Assembly: GCA_964506785.1 (NCBI GenBank)
Contig: CAZDME010000006.1
Span: forward strand, 1 to 35,111
Length of the DNA: 35,111 nucleotides
Origin: an uncultured bacterium
Lineage (GTDB): Bacteria > CAZDME01 > JAYEMH01
Direction of reading: 5' to 3'
Each line of letters begins with the position of its first letter. Position 1 is the first letter of the stretch. This document shows positions 1-7,899 of the stretch, one piece after another. The position numbers and the translations under genes are program-made. The notes under the pieces are model-generated. The model did not search any database and was not told the origin of the DNA. It was given only the letters and a program-made list of their open reading frames with translations.

Positions 1-336
1 GTCCTTGAAGGAGGCTTTCAGAGCCAGGGGCGTTCCGTCCTTGTCCACCGGGCAGGGGGTGGAGCCGGTGGTGTCTATGCCGATCCCGGCGACCGATTTA
101 CCCGCTCCCGCAGGCAGCTGGGCCAGCGCCCCTTTTACAGCCTCCGCCATGGAATCGATGTAGTCCTGCGGGTGCTGCCGGAACCGATTCTTGGCCGGGT
201 CGCAGTACTGACCCTTGAGCCAGCGTTTGTAATAGGCCACCTGGTTGGCCTCTTCTTTTCCGTCCTTAACATTGACGACGACCGCCCGCACCGAGTGGGT
301 TCCAAAATCTAAACCAAGGATGTACTGTTCTGCCAT
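1..336 (-). CDS. araB: Ribulokinase (FGGY carbohydrate kinase), N-terminal part, running off the window edge
   Basis: Not in the ORF track. Manual translation: MAEQYILGLDFGTHSVRAVVVNVKDGKEEANQVAYYKRWLKGQYCDPAKNRFRQHPQDYIDSM...GIGIDTTGSTPCPVDKDGTPLAL. The GLDFGT, RQHP.DY and GIDTTGSTP motifs are typical of L-ribulokinase. SD-like GAGGAAGGGG lies upstream. Confidence 0.88.
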   Translation of the reverse strand, partial: MAEQYILGLDFGTHSVRAVVVNVKDGKEEANQVAYYKRWLKGQYCDPAKNRFRQHPQDYIDSMAEAVKGALAQLPAGAGKSVAGIGIDTTGSTPCPVDKDGTPLALKASFKD

Positions 337-384
337 AATTGCCCCTTCCTCCGTGGCCGTATCGTGCTTCAGCCGTGCCCGGAT

Positions 385-513
385 CTATCCATGATGGTAG
401 TACACATCTAAAAGCATCTCCGTAAATTCACTGATGTTTTTTCGGCCGATTCTTGAAAGAGTATCGATTACCTTCTTCAAATATTCATTTATTTGCTCAT
501 CTCTATTTCTCAT
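385..513 (-). pseudogene. Truncated N-terminus of a probable SIS-domain phosphoheptose isomerase (GmhA-like)
   Basis: The ATG overlaps the hddA stop (ATGA coupling). The frame encodes MRNRDEQINEYLKKVIDTLSRIGRKNISEFTEMLLDVYYHHG*, resembling the N-terminal helices of GmhA and stopping just before the expected GNGGS motif, at a GC discontinuity. The assignment rests mainly on pathway context. Confidence 0.55.
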
Positions 514-1499
514 TTTTTCTCGTCCTCATAGATTAATTTTGAGCCCTCTTTTTCGAATTTAAACTCTAACCTCCTTAAAAAGGACATTTCGCTCTCTAAT
601 TTTTTGTGGTTTTTCTTATCGCAATAGAAAAGCAAAAAACCTCCTCCGCCCGCGCCTAACAGTTTCCCGCCGACGGCTCCGCTGGCTATGGCCCTATAGT
701 ACAGATTGTCTATCTTGGGGTTGGTTATCTTAGAAGCCAGTTCCTGTTTCAAGACCCAGTTCTTATGCAGTATTTCACCGAAGGTATTTAGGTCCCCCCG
801 CGATAAAACATCCCGTGCTTTCCAGACTAAATCCACCATTTTTTTTAAAATATCGGACTTTTTTTTAGACTGGACGTTTTCTTTCTGCTCCGCCAGGATT
901 GAGGAAGCTTTCCTCTGGTCCCCGATATAAAACATGAATAAGTTATTCTCCAGGGTTTTAAATACCTCGTCTTCCAGCTGCAATGGCTCGACCATTACCG
1001 CCATACCCGGCGGATTGAATCTGATGACATTCAACCCCCCAAAGGCGGCTGCGTACTGGTCCTGCTTGCCGATTGGCTCTTTTAAGGTATCAATTTCAAT
1101 ATCGCAGGCTTCTTCCGCTAACTGCTGCTTGCTAACCGGCATTCTGAATTCCCGGTATAAAGTATGGAGCATCCCCACCGTAAAGGATGAAGATGAGCCT
1201 AATCCGGTGCTGGCCGGGATATCGGCGTTTGAACTTACTTCCAGGGCCCCTTTTACTTTAAATTTTTTAAGGATTTCTTTTACGATAGGGTGTTTTAATT
1301 CATTAACATCGGAGACAGTTTCGGTATGTGAGTATTTCACCCTGACCTTATCTTCATCGAAGAAATAATGCGAAGAAATATAAACGAATTTATCTATCGT
1401 CGTGCTTAAAACGGCCCCGGGGAAGTGCTGGTAGAATTCCTTTAAATCCGAGCCGCCGCCGACGAAACTAACCCTGAACGGGGTTTTGGTAATTATCAT
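510..1499 (-). CDS. hddA: GHMP-family sugar kinase, D-glycero-D-manno-heptose-7-phosphate 1-kinase-like
   Basis: MIITKTPFRVSFVGGGSD N-terminus, PASTGLGSSS (GHMP motif), GKQDQY and GGKLLGAGGGGF. Confidence 0.85.
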   Translation of the reverse strand: MIITKTPFRVSFVGGGSDLKEFYQHFPGAVLSTTIDKFVYISSHYFFDEDKVRVKYSHTETVSDVNELKHPIVKEILKKFKVKGALEVSSNADIPASTGLGSSSSFTVGMLHTLYREFRMPVSKQQLAEEACDIEIDTLKEPIGKQDQYAAAFGGLNVIRFNPPGMAVMVEPLQLEDEVFKTLENNLFMFYIGDQRKASSILAEQKENVQSKKKSDILKKMVDLVWKARDVLSRGDLNTFGEILHKNWVLKQELASKITNPKIDNLYYRAIASGAVGGKLLGAGGGGFLLFYCDKKNHKKLESEMSFLRRLEFKFEKEGSKLIYEDEKK

Positions 1500-3391
1500 T
1501 TTCCCTTTCCCCTTTTTATAATCATATCGGCAAATCTTTTTTCTTTCTTTACCAAATTATACTCGTCTTTCTTCCGTGTTTCAATCAACCTATTTATCTC
1601 GTTTTTATTTAGCCCTTTCCATTTATAAAAGCTGGAAATCCTCTTTGCTAATAATCCGGAATCAATCTCGCAGAATATTTTTAAGTCTGCTTTCTCCCTT
1701 AAATTTTTGGCTCCCAGGGCAATTACCCCTTTTATGATAATTATCGCGGCGCTGCCCATTTTATATCTTATTTTACTTCCGCTTGTCCCGCGGCTTAACG
1801 CATCATATCTATTTATGGCAATTTCCCTTTTCTTGAAAAATTTTTCCAGGTCATCATTAATCCTCTCCATTTGAAACCGGTCGTAGACGTTATGTTCCTT
1901 CCTCCTTTTTTCTTTTGGAAGGAGCCAATTGTCCAAATTTATGATTAATGCCTTTTTCTTTAGCTCCCGGAATTTTTGGGCGAGATAATTTGCCAGAATT
2001 GTTTTCCCGGAGCGGGTATTTCCTCCGATAATGATTATAAACGGTTTTTTTGCCTTGGATTTCAAAACCTTGGTTTTTATTTTTTCGAAATATTTTTTAT
2101 AGGGTTCGTCAATAATAAAATCAACTGCCTCAGGTAAATTCTCGAAAAAATAATCGGGTTTTATTTCGATATTCTTGCCTCCCTTGCCGCTTCTAAGGGC
2201 TATCGGCGTCACTCCCGCCTTCTTAGCGCATAGAATATCTCTAAAGGAATCCCCGATAAAAAAGGAATGTTTTAAATCGATATTAAAATCTTTCTCTGCT
2301 TCTTTGACCATGCCGATTTCCGGCTTTCGGCAGCTGCATTTGATTTTAAAGGCGGGGTTTTCGCCGGGGTGGCCTTTATCCGGATGATGGGGGCAGTAAT
2401 AAATTGAATCTAATTTAGCTTTTTCTCCCCCTAACAGGGTTTCCATCTTTTTATGGATATTTTCAAGCCCTTCGATTGTGCACAAACCTCTGGCAACGAC
2501 CGGCTGGTTGGTAACGACCACCGCCAAGAATTCCGAATCGTTTATTTTTTTTATCGCTTTACCCGTCCCGGGAAGAAATCTGAAATCTTTGATTTTGTGA
2601 AGTAAATCAACCTCTTCGTTGATTACCCCGTCTCTGTCCAAAAAGATTGCCTTCCTCTTCTCTTCGTTGTTGAATCTTTCGATTTTGCCGCTTGAATAGT
2701 CTTTTTTAACCTCTTTCAATCTTTCCGGGGTGCCCGCGTCCTTCAGGTATTCGGCGGTATTATAGCCGTATATTTTCTTCCCGCCTGTTAATCCGGGGAA
2801 TATATCTTTACCGAAATCCGCCTTTTCCCCTCTTTTGATATATTTAAAGATTCCCGGCGATAGAAGGTATACCCCGGCATTAACCAGGTTGCTGAAATAT
2901 TTATTGGCCTGATGAGGTTTTGGGTGAAAGGCGGTAATTCTCTTGTTTTTATCGATTTCAACCAGGTCGCTGTCGTTAGGGTGGTCGTTTGGGTGTATCA
3001 CCAGTGTTCCCAGGGCATTTTTTCTTTTATGGAATTTGACGAGTCTTTCTAAATTCATATTCACCATCACATCGCCGTAAAAAACAATAAAATCCTCCCT
3101 TAATTTATTTTCGATTTCTTTAATTCCCCCGGTCGTTCCTAAAGGTTCATTTTCCGAGAAATAACTGATTTTAACACCCGGATTACTTCCGTCTTTGAAA
3201 TATTTCTCGATTACCTTCGATAAATGTCCGGTTAAAATTATAATATCTTTTATGTTATACCTCCGCAATAATCTAATCTGGTGTTCTAATATCGGCATGC
3301 CCCCTATTTTTATCATCGGCTTGGGGATTTTCTTGGTTAAATCCCCCAGTCTCACTCCCTTGCCTCCGGCCAGGATTACCGCTTTCATCAT
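1496..3391 (-). CDS. Three-domain fusion: HddC-like sugar-phosphate nucleotidyltransferase, GmhB-like HAD-IIIA heptose-bisphosphate phosphatase, and a uridine-kinase/phosphoribulokinase-like P-loop domain
   Basis: LAGGKGVRL...PKPM, EPLGTTG and GDV (NTP transferase); FLDRDGVIN, VVTNQ, CPHHP..CSCRKP and IGDSFRD (GmhB); IIIGGNTRSGKT...INLDNW (P-loop kinase). Confidence 0.85.
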   Translation of the reverse strand: MMKAVILAGGKGVRLGDLTKKIPKPMIKIGGMPILEHQIRLLRRYNIKDIIILTGHLSKVIEKYFKDGSNPGVKISYFSENEPLGTTGGIKEIENKLREDFIVFYGDVMVNMNLERLVKFHKRKNALGTLVIHPNDHPNDSDLVEIDKNKRITAFHPKPHQANKYFSNLVNAGVYLLSPGIFKYIKRGEKADFGKDIFPGLTGGKKIYGYNTAEYLKDAGTPERLKEVKKDYSSGKIERFNNEEKRKAIFLDRDGVINEEVDLLHKIKDFRFLPGTGKAIKKINDSEFLAVVVTNQPVVARGLCTIEGLENIHKKMETLLGGEKAKLDSIYYCPHHPDKGHPGENPAFKIKCSCRKPEIGMVKEAEKDFNIDLKHSFFIGDSFRDILCAKKAGVTPIALRSGKGGKNIEIKPDYFFENLPEAVDFIIDEPYKKYFEKIKTKVLKSKAKKPFIIIIGGNTRSGKTILANYLAQKFRELKKKALIINLDNWLLPKEKRRKEHNVYDRFQMERINDDLEKFFKKREIAINRYDALSRGTSGSKIRYKMGSAAIIIIKGVIALGAKNLREKADLKIFCEIDSGLLAKRISSFYKWKGLNKNEINRLIETRKKDEYNLVKKEKRFADMIIKRGKGK

Positions 3392-4338
3392 TTAATTCCT
3401 CTTTTTTTAAGTTCCGCATCCACCGCCAGCTCAACCGCTTTATCGGAAGTTATTTTTACTTTCCAGCCTAAGCCGTGTATTTTTGAAAGATCGTAATTGA
3501 ACCTGGGCACATCGCCAATCCAGCCCCGTTCTCCACCGGTATATTTAAATTTGACCCCTTCCAGCCCCATTTTCTCCGCCACGATTTCGGCGATTTTTGT
3601 TGCCGTGGTGGCGCTGTCTACACCCAGGTTGAAATAATTTATTTTCTCATTCGAATTTTTCCAGGCAAAAATCATTCCTTCAACCAGGTCTTTAACATAA
3701 AGGTACGGTTTTTCCTGCCGGCCGTCTCCTAAAATGACTAATTCCCGGGGATTGGCAATTAGTTTTTCGATAAAATCGTACATTGCCCCGTGAGTGGCCC
3801 TTTCCCCGGCCACGTTAGGAAATCTAAAAATCCAGGCCTGAATATCGCAGTTGGTGCTAAAGGCAGAGATATAAGCCTCAGAGGCCAGCTTTGCCGCTCC
3901 ATAAAAAGAAATCGGAAATAAGGGGCCGGTATCCTCATTCAGTTTTTTAGACAATTCTCCATATATGGCCGAACTTGAGGCAAAAATTATCTGCTTGACA
4001 TTATTTTCTTTCATGCGCTCAAGAATATTGAAGGTAGTCATAAATGTTCGCTCTAAATCGACATGTAGATTTTCTGCCCCTTTCTGGATATCCGAATCGG
4101 CCGCTAAATGAAAAACACAGTTAAATTTATACTTTTTAAAAATCCCGTCTATTTTCTCTCTCCGGAGAATATTTTCTTTAATAAAAGTAAAACGGGGATT
4201 CGCCTTGAGGTGGGCGATATTTTCCTCCCGCCCCAGGCTTAAATCGTCAATACAGACAACCTTATCGGTTTCTTTGATTAAGCCGTCTATCAGGTGGCTG
4301 CCGATAAAACCGGCCCCGCCGGTTACCAGAATATTCAT
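3388..4338 (-). CDS. NAD-dependent epimerase/dehydratase (extended SDR)
   Basis: TGGAGFIGS, HLAA, SSSAIYG and YGAAK motifs. Confidence 0.9.
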   Translation of the reverse strand: MNILVTGGAGFIGSHLIDGLIKETDKVVCIDDLSLGREENIAHLKANPRFTFIKENILRREKIDGIFKKYKFNCVFHLAADSDIQKGAENLHVDLERTFMTTFNILERMKENNVKQIIFASSSAIYGELSKKLNEDTGPLFPISFYGAAKLASEAYISAFSTNCDIQAWIFRFPNVAGERATHGAMYDFIEKLIANPRELVILGDGRQEKPYLYVKDLVEGMIFAWKNSNEKINYFNLGVDSATTATKIAEIVAEKMGLEGVKFKYTGGERGWIGDVPRFNYDLSKIHGLGWKVKITSDKAVELAVDAELKKRGIK

Positions 4339-4347
4339 TATGCGCCT

Positions 4348-5043
4348 CTATAATAGTTTCGGGTCGATTTTAAGATTGAAGCGGTATTTAAAAATACATC
4401 TTAAATAGGCCTTGCCGCTCCGCCATTTATGCAGGGTTACCTCTCCTATCCGCATTCTATAGGGAATTTCTATTTCTTTATGCTTGAATCCCTCCAAGTT
4501 ACTTCTGATAATAACCTCGCATGGAAAGGAATAGTTATTTTCCCAAACTATCTTTTCATTAACTTCCCGCTTCATACAGAACATCCCGGTCGAAACATCA
4601 TGCACGTTGACTTTATAAAGAAGCCGGACTAAAAAGGCAAAAGACCTGTTGGCCATTTTATTGAAAAAAGGCATCTCTTCCTTTAAGTTTTTGCTAAATC
4701 GGTTGCCTGAAATTATATCATTTCCTTGGGCGATTAATTCGAGAAGGCGTGGGATATATTCCATGGGGTAGGTGTTATCGCAGTCTGCGGTAATGATAAT
4801 ATCTCCTTTTGCCGCGTTTATCGCCGTTCTCAAGGCAATGCCGTGGCCTTGCGGCTTCTGGCGGATAACCCGCGCCCCCATTTCTTCGGCGATATCCGCC
4901 GTTCGGTCTTTACTGCTGTCAACCAGGACTATTTCCGTATCGTAGTTTTCCGTATGCCTTCGGATTTCTTCTATCATCTTTGTAATTACTTTTTCCTCGT
5001 TGAAGCTGGGCATGGCGACCGTTAGTTTAATTTTATTATTCAT
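4348..5043 (-). CDS. Glycosyltransferase family 2, DPM1/polyprenol-phosphate glycosyltransferase-like
   Basis: MPSFNEE, DSSKDRT, QGHGIAL, ADCD (DxD), DVSTGM and EIEIPYRMRIG. A soluble 231-aa protein. Confidence 0.85.
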   Translation of the reverse strand: MNNKIKLTVAMPSFNEEKVITKMIEEIRRHTENYDTEIVLVDSSKDRTADIAEEMGARVIRQKPQGHGIALRTAINAAKGDIIITADCDNTYPMEYIPRLLELIAQGNDIISGNRFSKNLKEEMPFFNKMANRSFAFLVRLLYKVNVHDVSTGMFCMKREVNEKIVWENNYSFPCEVIIRSNLEGFKHKEIEIPYRMRIGEVTLHKWRSGKAYLRCIFKYRFNLKIDPKLL

Positions 5044-6335
5044 CCTTTACCTACCCCGTTTAACTTTCCCGCCAGTTTAAAGCTGTGGTCGATGATTTTG
5101 TCCATATTCAAGTATTCGAACTCGGCAAACCGGCCGCAGCAATCAATTCCCTCACCCAAAAGATAATTTAAGACCCTATCGGCATTTTTTCTGTGGTTCA
5201 AGTCGTAAATAACATAGGCATATTGGAATTTTTTTAGATCGACATCCGTTATCTCGTTTTTATCTACCAACTTTAATTCATCCAGGGCGGTAATGACCTT
5301 ATCTTTGATTTTATCTTCTTTTAAGCCGGCCAGGTAGCTATTAGGGCGGTAGGTAATTTCCGCCATAATGGTTGCCCCTCCTTTATCCAAAGAGTATTTT
5401 TCTCCCAAAAAATTGATTTTTGAAAGACGGTGGAAGATAATATTCTTATCGGCAAAATTTATGGCAAAATTCCTGCCAATCTTATCTTTTTTTGCCTGAA
5501 GGCAGACGATATAAATGGAATTATACTTGAGTTCCCCCAAGGCCCTTAAAATCTCCTCGGGGGCTTGAAGATATTCAAACAGCTCATGAAGGGGCATACA
5601 ATTAAGCAAACGCCCGGCCGAGAATTTCCCTTTATCGGTTTCAATCTCCCATGTTTTATCTTTTCTTCGGATTTGTTTGATATTTACCGCCGTCATAACT
5701 TTAGACTTTTTAACAATTCCCTTGGCGAAACCGTTAACGAGCTCTTGTATTCCGCCCGTTTTCGGATAATGAAAATATAATTGATGAAGGTATCCTTCTG
5801 TCTGAATTCCCCGGGCAGATTTTATTACATCTTCTCGGGGCGGCTTGGGAATTCTTTCAACCATCTGGGTATCCATATATGAGGGGTCGAACTTCCATAT
5901 TTTGGCATTATGCGGCGCTAAATAAAGCCTGGTAATCCCTTCGCCGAAAGTTTTCAAAAAAAACTGAAGCATGTTTTTTGCTTCATAATTTTCGTAGGGA
6001 TTATTTAAAAATTCTTTGAGGCAGTAATCCCTCTCGTCTTTATCTAGCGAGGCCAGGTCATTTTCGAAAGGGTATTTGACCAGTTTTCCCTTATGATATA
6101 TCTTATTGGATCTTTTAATTTTGTTAGAATCGATGACCGAAAGGCAGGCCTCGAGTTGTTTCTTATCCTTTGAAAAAAGGATATGCGGGCCGATATCATG
6201 GTATATGCCGTTAAAGTCGAAACTCCGGCATAAACCGCCGATTTGGACTTCTTTTTCTAAAATCGTTGTTTCTCTATTTAGAAAATACGCAAGCGTTACA
6301 CCGCTCAACCCGCCGCCTAAAATTACGGTTTTCAT
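5040..6335 (-). CDS. FAD-dependent oxidoreductase of the HemY-like / NDP-pyranose mutase family
   Basis: GGGLSG dinucleotide fold, EKE..IGGLCRS, DIGPHILF, FHYPKTGG, YAYVIYD and GRFAEFEYLNMD (mutase-like C-terminal motif). Confidence 0.75.
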   Translation of the reverse strand: MKTVILGGGLSGVTLAYFLNRETTILEKEVQIGGLCRSFDFNGIYHDIGPHILFSKDKKQLEACLSVIDSNKIKRSNKIYHKGKLVKYPFENDLASLDKDERDYCLKEFLNNPYENYEAKNMLQFFLKTFGEGITRLYLAPHNAKIWKFDPSYMDTQMVERIPKPPREDVIKSARGIQTEGYLHQLYFHYPKTGGIQELVNGFAKGIVKKSKVMTAVNIKQIRRKDKTWEIETDKGKFSAGRLLNCMPLHELFEYLQAPEEILRALGELKYNSIYIVCLQAKKDKIGRNFAINFADKNIIFHRLSKINFLGEKYSLDKGGATIMAEITYRPNSYLAGLKEDKIKDKVITALDELKLVDKNEITDVDLKKFQYAYVIYDLNHRKNADRVLNYLLGEGIDCCGRFAEFEYLNMDKIIDHSFKLAGKLNGVGKG

Positions 6336-6406
6336 TTAAATGATTTCTTCCCCAAAATTAAAATTCCCGTTACCCCCCTATGCGGTCCTGATAAAAAAAT
6401 TTTAAG

Positions 6407-6483
6407 TGGTAGCGCGTACGGGATTCGAACCCGTTACCTCCGCCTTGAGAGGGCGGCGTCTTAACCAAATCGACCAACGCGCC
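6407..6483 (-). tRNA. tRNA-Glu(CTC)
   Basis: GGCGCGT acceptor stem pairing with ACGCGCT, anticodon arm CCGCC-CTCTCAA-GGCGG, T-loop GGTTCGAATCC, encoded CCA. Confidence 0.95.
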
Positions 6484-6495
6484 ATTGGCTGCCTG
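6484..6495 (+). repeat. att-like direct repeat, copy 1 (duplicated tRNA-Gln 3' end)
   Basis: ATTGGCTGCCTG is identical to 8754-8765. Confidence 0.75.
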
Positions 6496-6662
6496 AACTT
6501 GAAGCTGGAGGAACCACCTCCCTCGACTACGCTCGGGACAAGCAGCCTCACGTAATTCATCTACTTATGAGGCTGACCATACACCATTACAAACACGGCT
6601 TTATCGATTTAGGCAACCTAAACTAATCCGGCATCCTATAATAGTCGTTTCTGCTGTCTTAA

Positions 6663-6723
6663 AACCGTGTCCCAAAATGTCCTATAACCATGTCCTATAA
6701 TGTCCTATATTTGGGACACGGTT
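6663..6723. repeat. 14-bp perfect inverted repeat enclosing three ATGTCCTATA direct repeats
   Basis: AACCGTGTCCCAAA (6663-6676) and TTTGGGACACGGTT (6710-6723); ATGTCCTATA at 6677, 6690 and 6700; overlaps the Fic stop codon. Confidence 0.85.
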
Positions 6724-7763
6724 GACGATAATACGTAGTAAGCACTTTTGAGCTCACCTCTCCTTAGAAGGATCCCTTTTTCGACTAACGAGGTCAAATC
6801 TCTGGTAGCAGTCCGGCGAATGCTCCCGCACAGCCTTTGGCACTGTTCGTTGTTAATCTGTTCGTTAACAAAAAGATATCTAATAATCTTTTCCTGTCTT
6901 AAATTTAGATTGTATTGTGATAGCTCCTTAATAATTTTCTCCGAGCCAATTATCTTTTTACCTTTTTCGTTAATTTCTTCCATCTGCGACCGCAGGCCTT
7001 CAACGAAATAGCTAAACCAAGCTGTCATGTCCATATTGTTGTTTCGTACGGTTTGAATTGCCTGATAGTACAAAGGTCTATCCTTATCATAATACTCCGA
7101 GATGGTAAAAAGCCGTTTAAAATCATAACCGGTCTTATAGAGAATAAGAGTTGATAGAATACGGGCAGTTCTGCCGTTTCCATCAATAAAAGGATGAATA
7201 TGCACAAATTGAAACTGAGCGATACCGGCCACAAGGATAGGCGATACCTCTTCGGCCTTATTTATCCATTCTACGAACTCCCGCATAAGATGCGGAACAT
7301 CTAAAGGCCCGGGCGGAGTATAAATAACCTCGCGTGTCCGGGAATTAACTACATAGTTTTGAATTTTGCGGTAATTGCCCGGGTCCGCTTTTTCTCCGCG
7401 CACACCCTTAACAAGAATTTTATGCAGTTCTCGTATAACGCCCTCTGAAATCGGATCCTCCTTGCCGAGATACTTTGAGATAAAATCCATTGCTTTCTTA
7501 TAATTCAAAAGTTCTTTTTCATCATCCCGGTTAACACCCTTAACTTTTTTCCCCTCTAATATATCTTTAGCCTGCTTAAGGCTCAAAGCTGTGCCTTCGA
7601 TATGCGTGGAATGATGCGATTCAAGGATAAGCGCTTTTTTCTGCAAATCAGTAAGCCAGTCATCCTTAAGTTTTATCGCATCCAAGAACCCCCGCACCCG
7701 CTCTATCTCAACGAGCGCCTTGTTGATCCTTGGAGTTATCGTATATTTTGGATTAAATGGCAT
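6705..7763 (-). CDS. Fic-domain protein (class II AMPylase) with a C-terminal winged HTH
   Basis: Catalytic HPFIDGNGRTAR, N-terminal inhibitory motif STHIEG, C-terminal RRTATRDLTSLVEKGILLRRG (DeoR-like HTH). Confidence 0.92.
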   Translation of the reverse strand: MPFNPKYTITPRINKALVEIERVRGFLDAIKLKDDWLTDLQKKALILESHHSTHIEGTALSLKQAKDILEGKKVKGVNRDDEKELLNYKKAMDFISKYLGKEDPISEGVIRELHKILVKGVRGEKADPGNYRKIQNYVVNSRTREVIYTPPGPLDVPHLMREFVEWINKAEEVSPILVAGIAQFQFVHIHPFIDGNGRTARILSTLILYKTGYDFKRLFTISEYYDKDRPLYYQAIQTVRNNNMDMTAWFSYFVEGLRSQMEEINEKGKKIIGSEKIIKELSQYNLNLRQEKIIRYLFVNEQINNEQCQRLCGSIRRTATRDLTSLVEKGILLRRGELKSAYYVLSSTVSQI

Positions 7764-7899
7764 AATAGTGCCTCGCCAAATGACAACCTATACATTTTGG
7801 CTTATTGTTTAAGAAAGACCTCTCATCTTTCTTCGATGCCCGGTTGTGATGAATTGCAGTAGAATTGCTAATTCGAATTAATATATTCGTAATATTTTT

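Noticed and set aside
334-513. Amber readthrough fusing the GmhA-like fragment to ribulokinase (the frames happen to match)
   Set aside because: A one-in-three coincidence. araB has its own SD, the GC shift indicates a junction, and many ordinary genes here end in TAG, so there is no sign of recoding.
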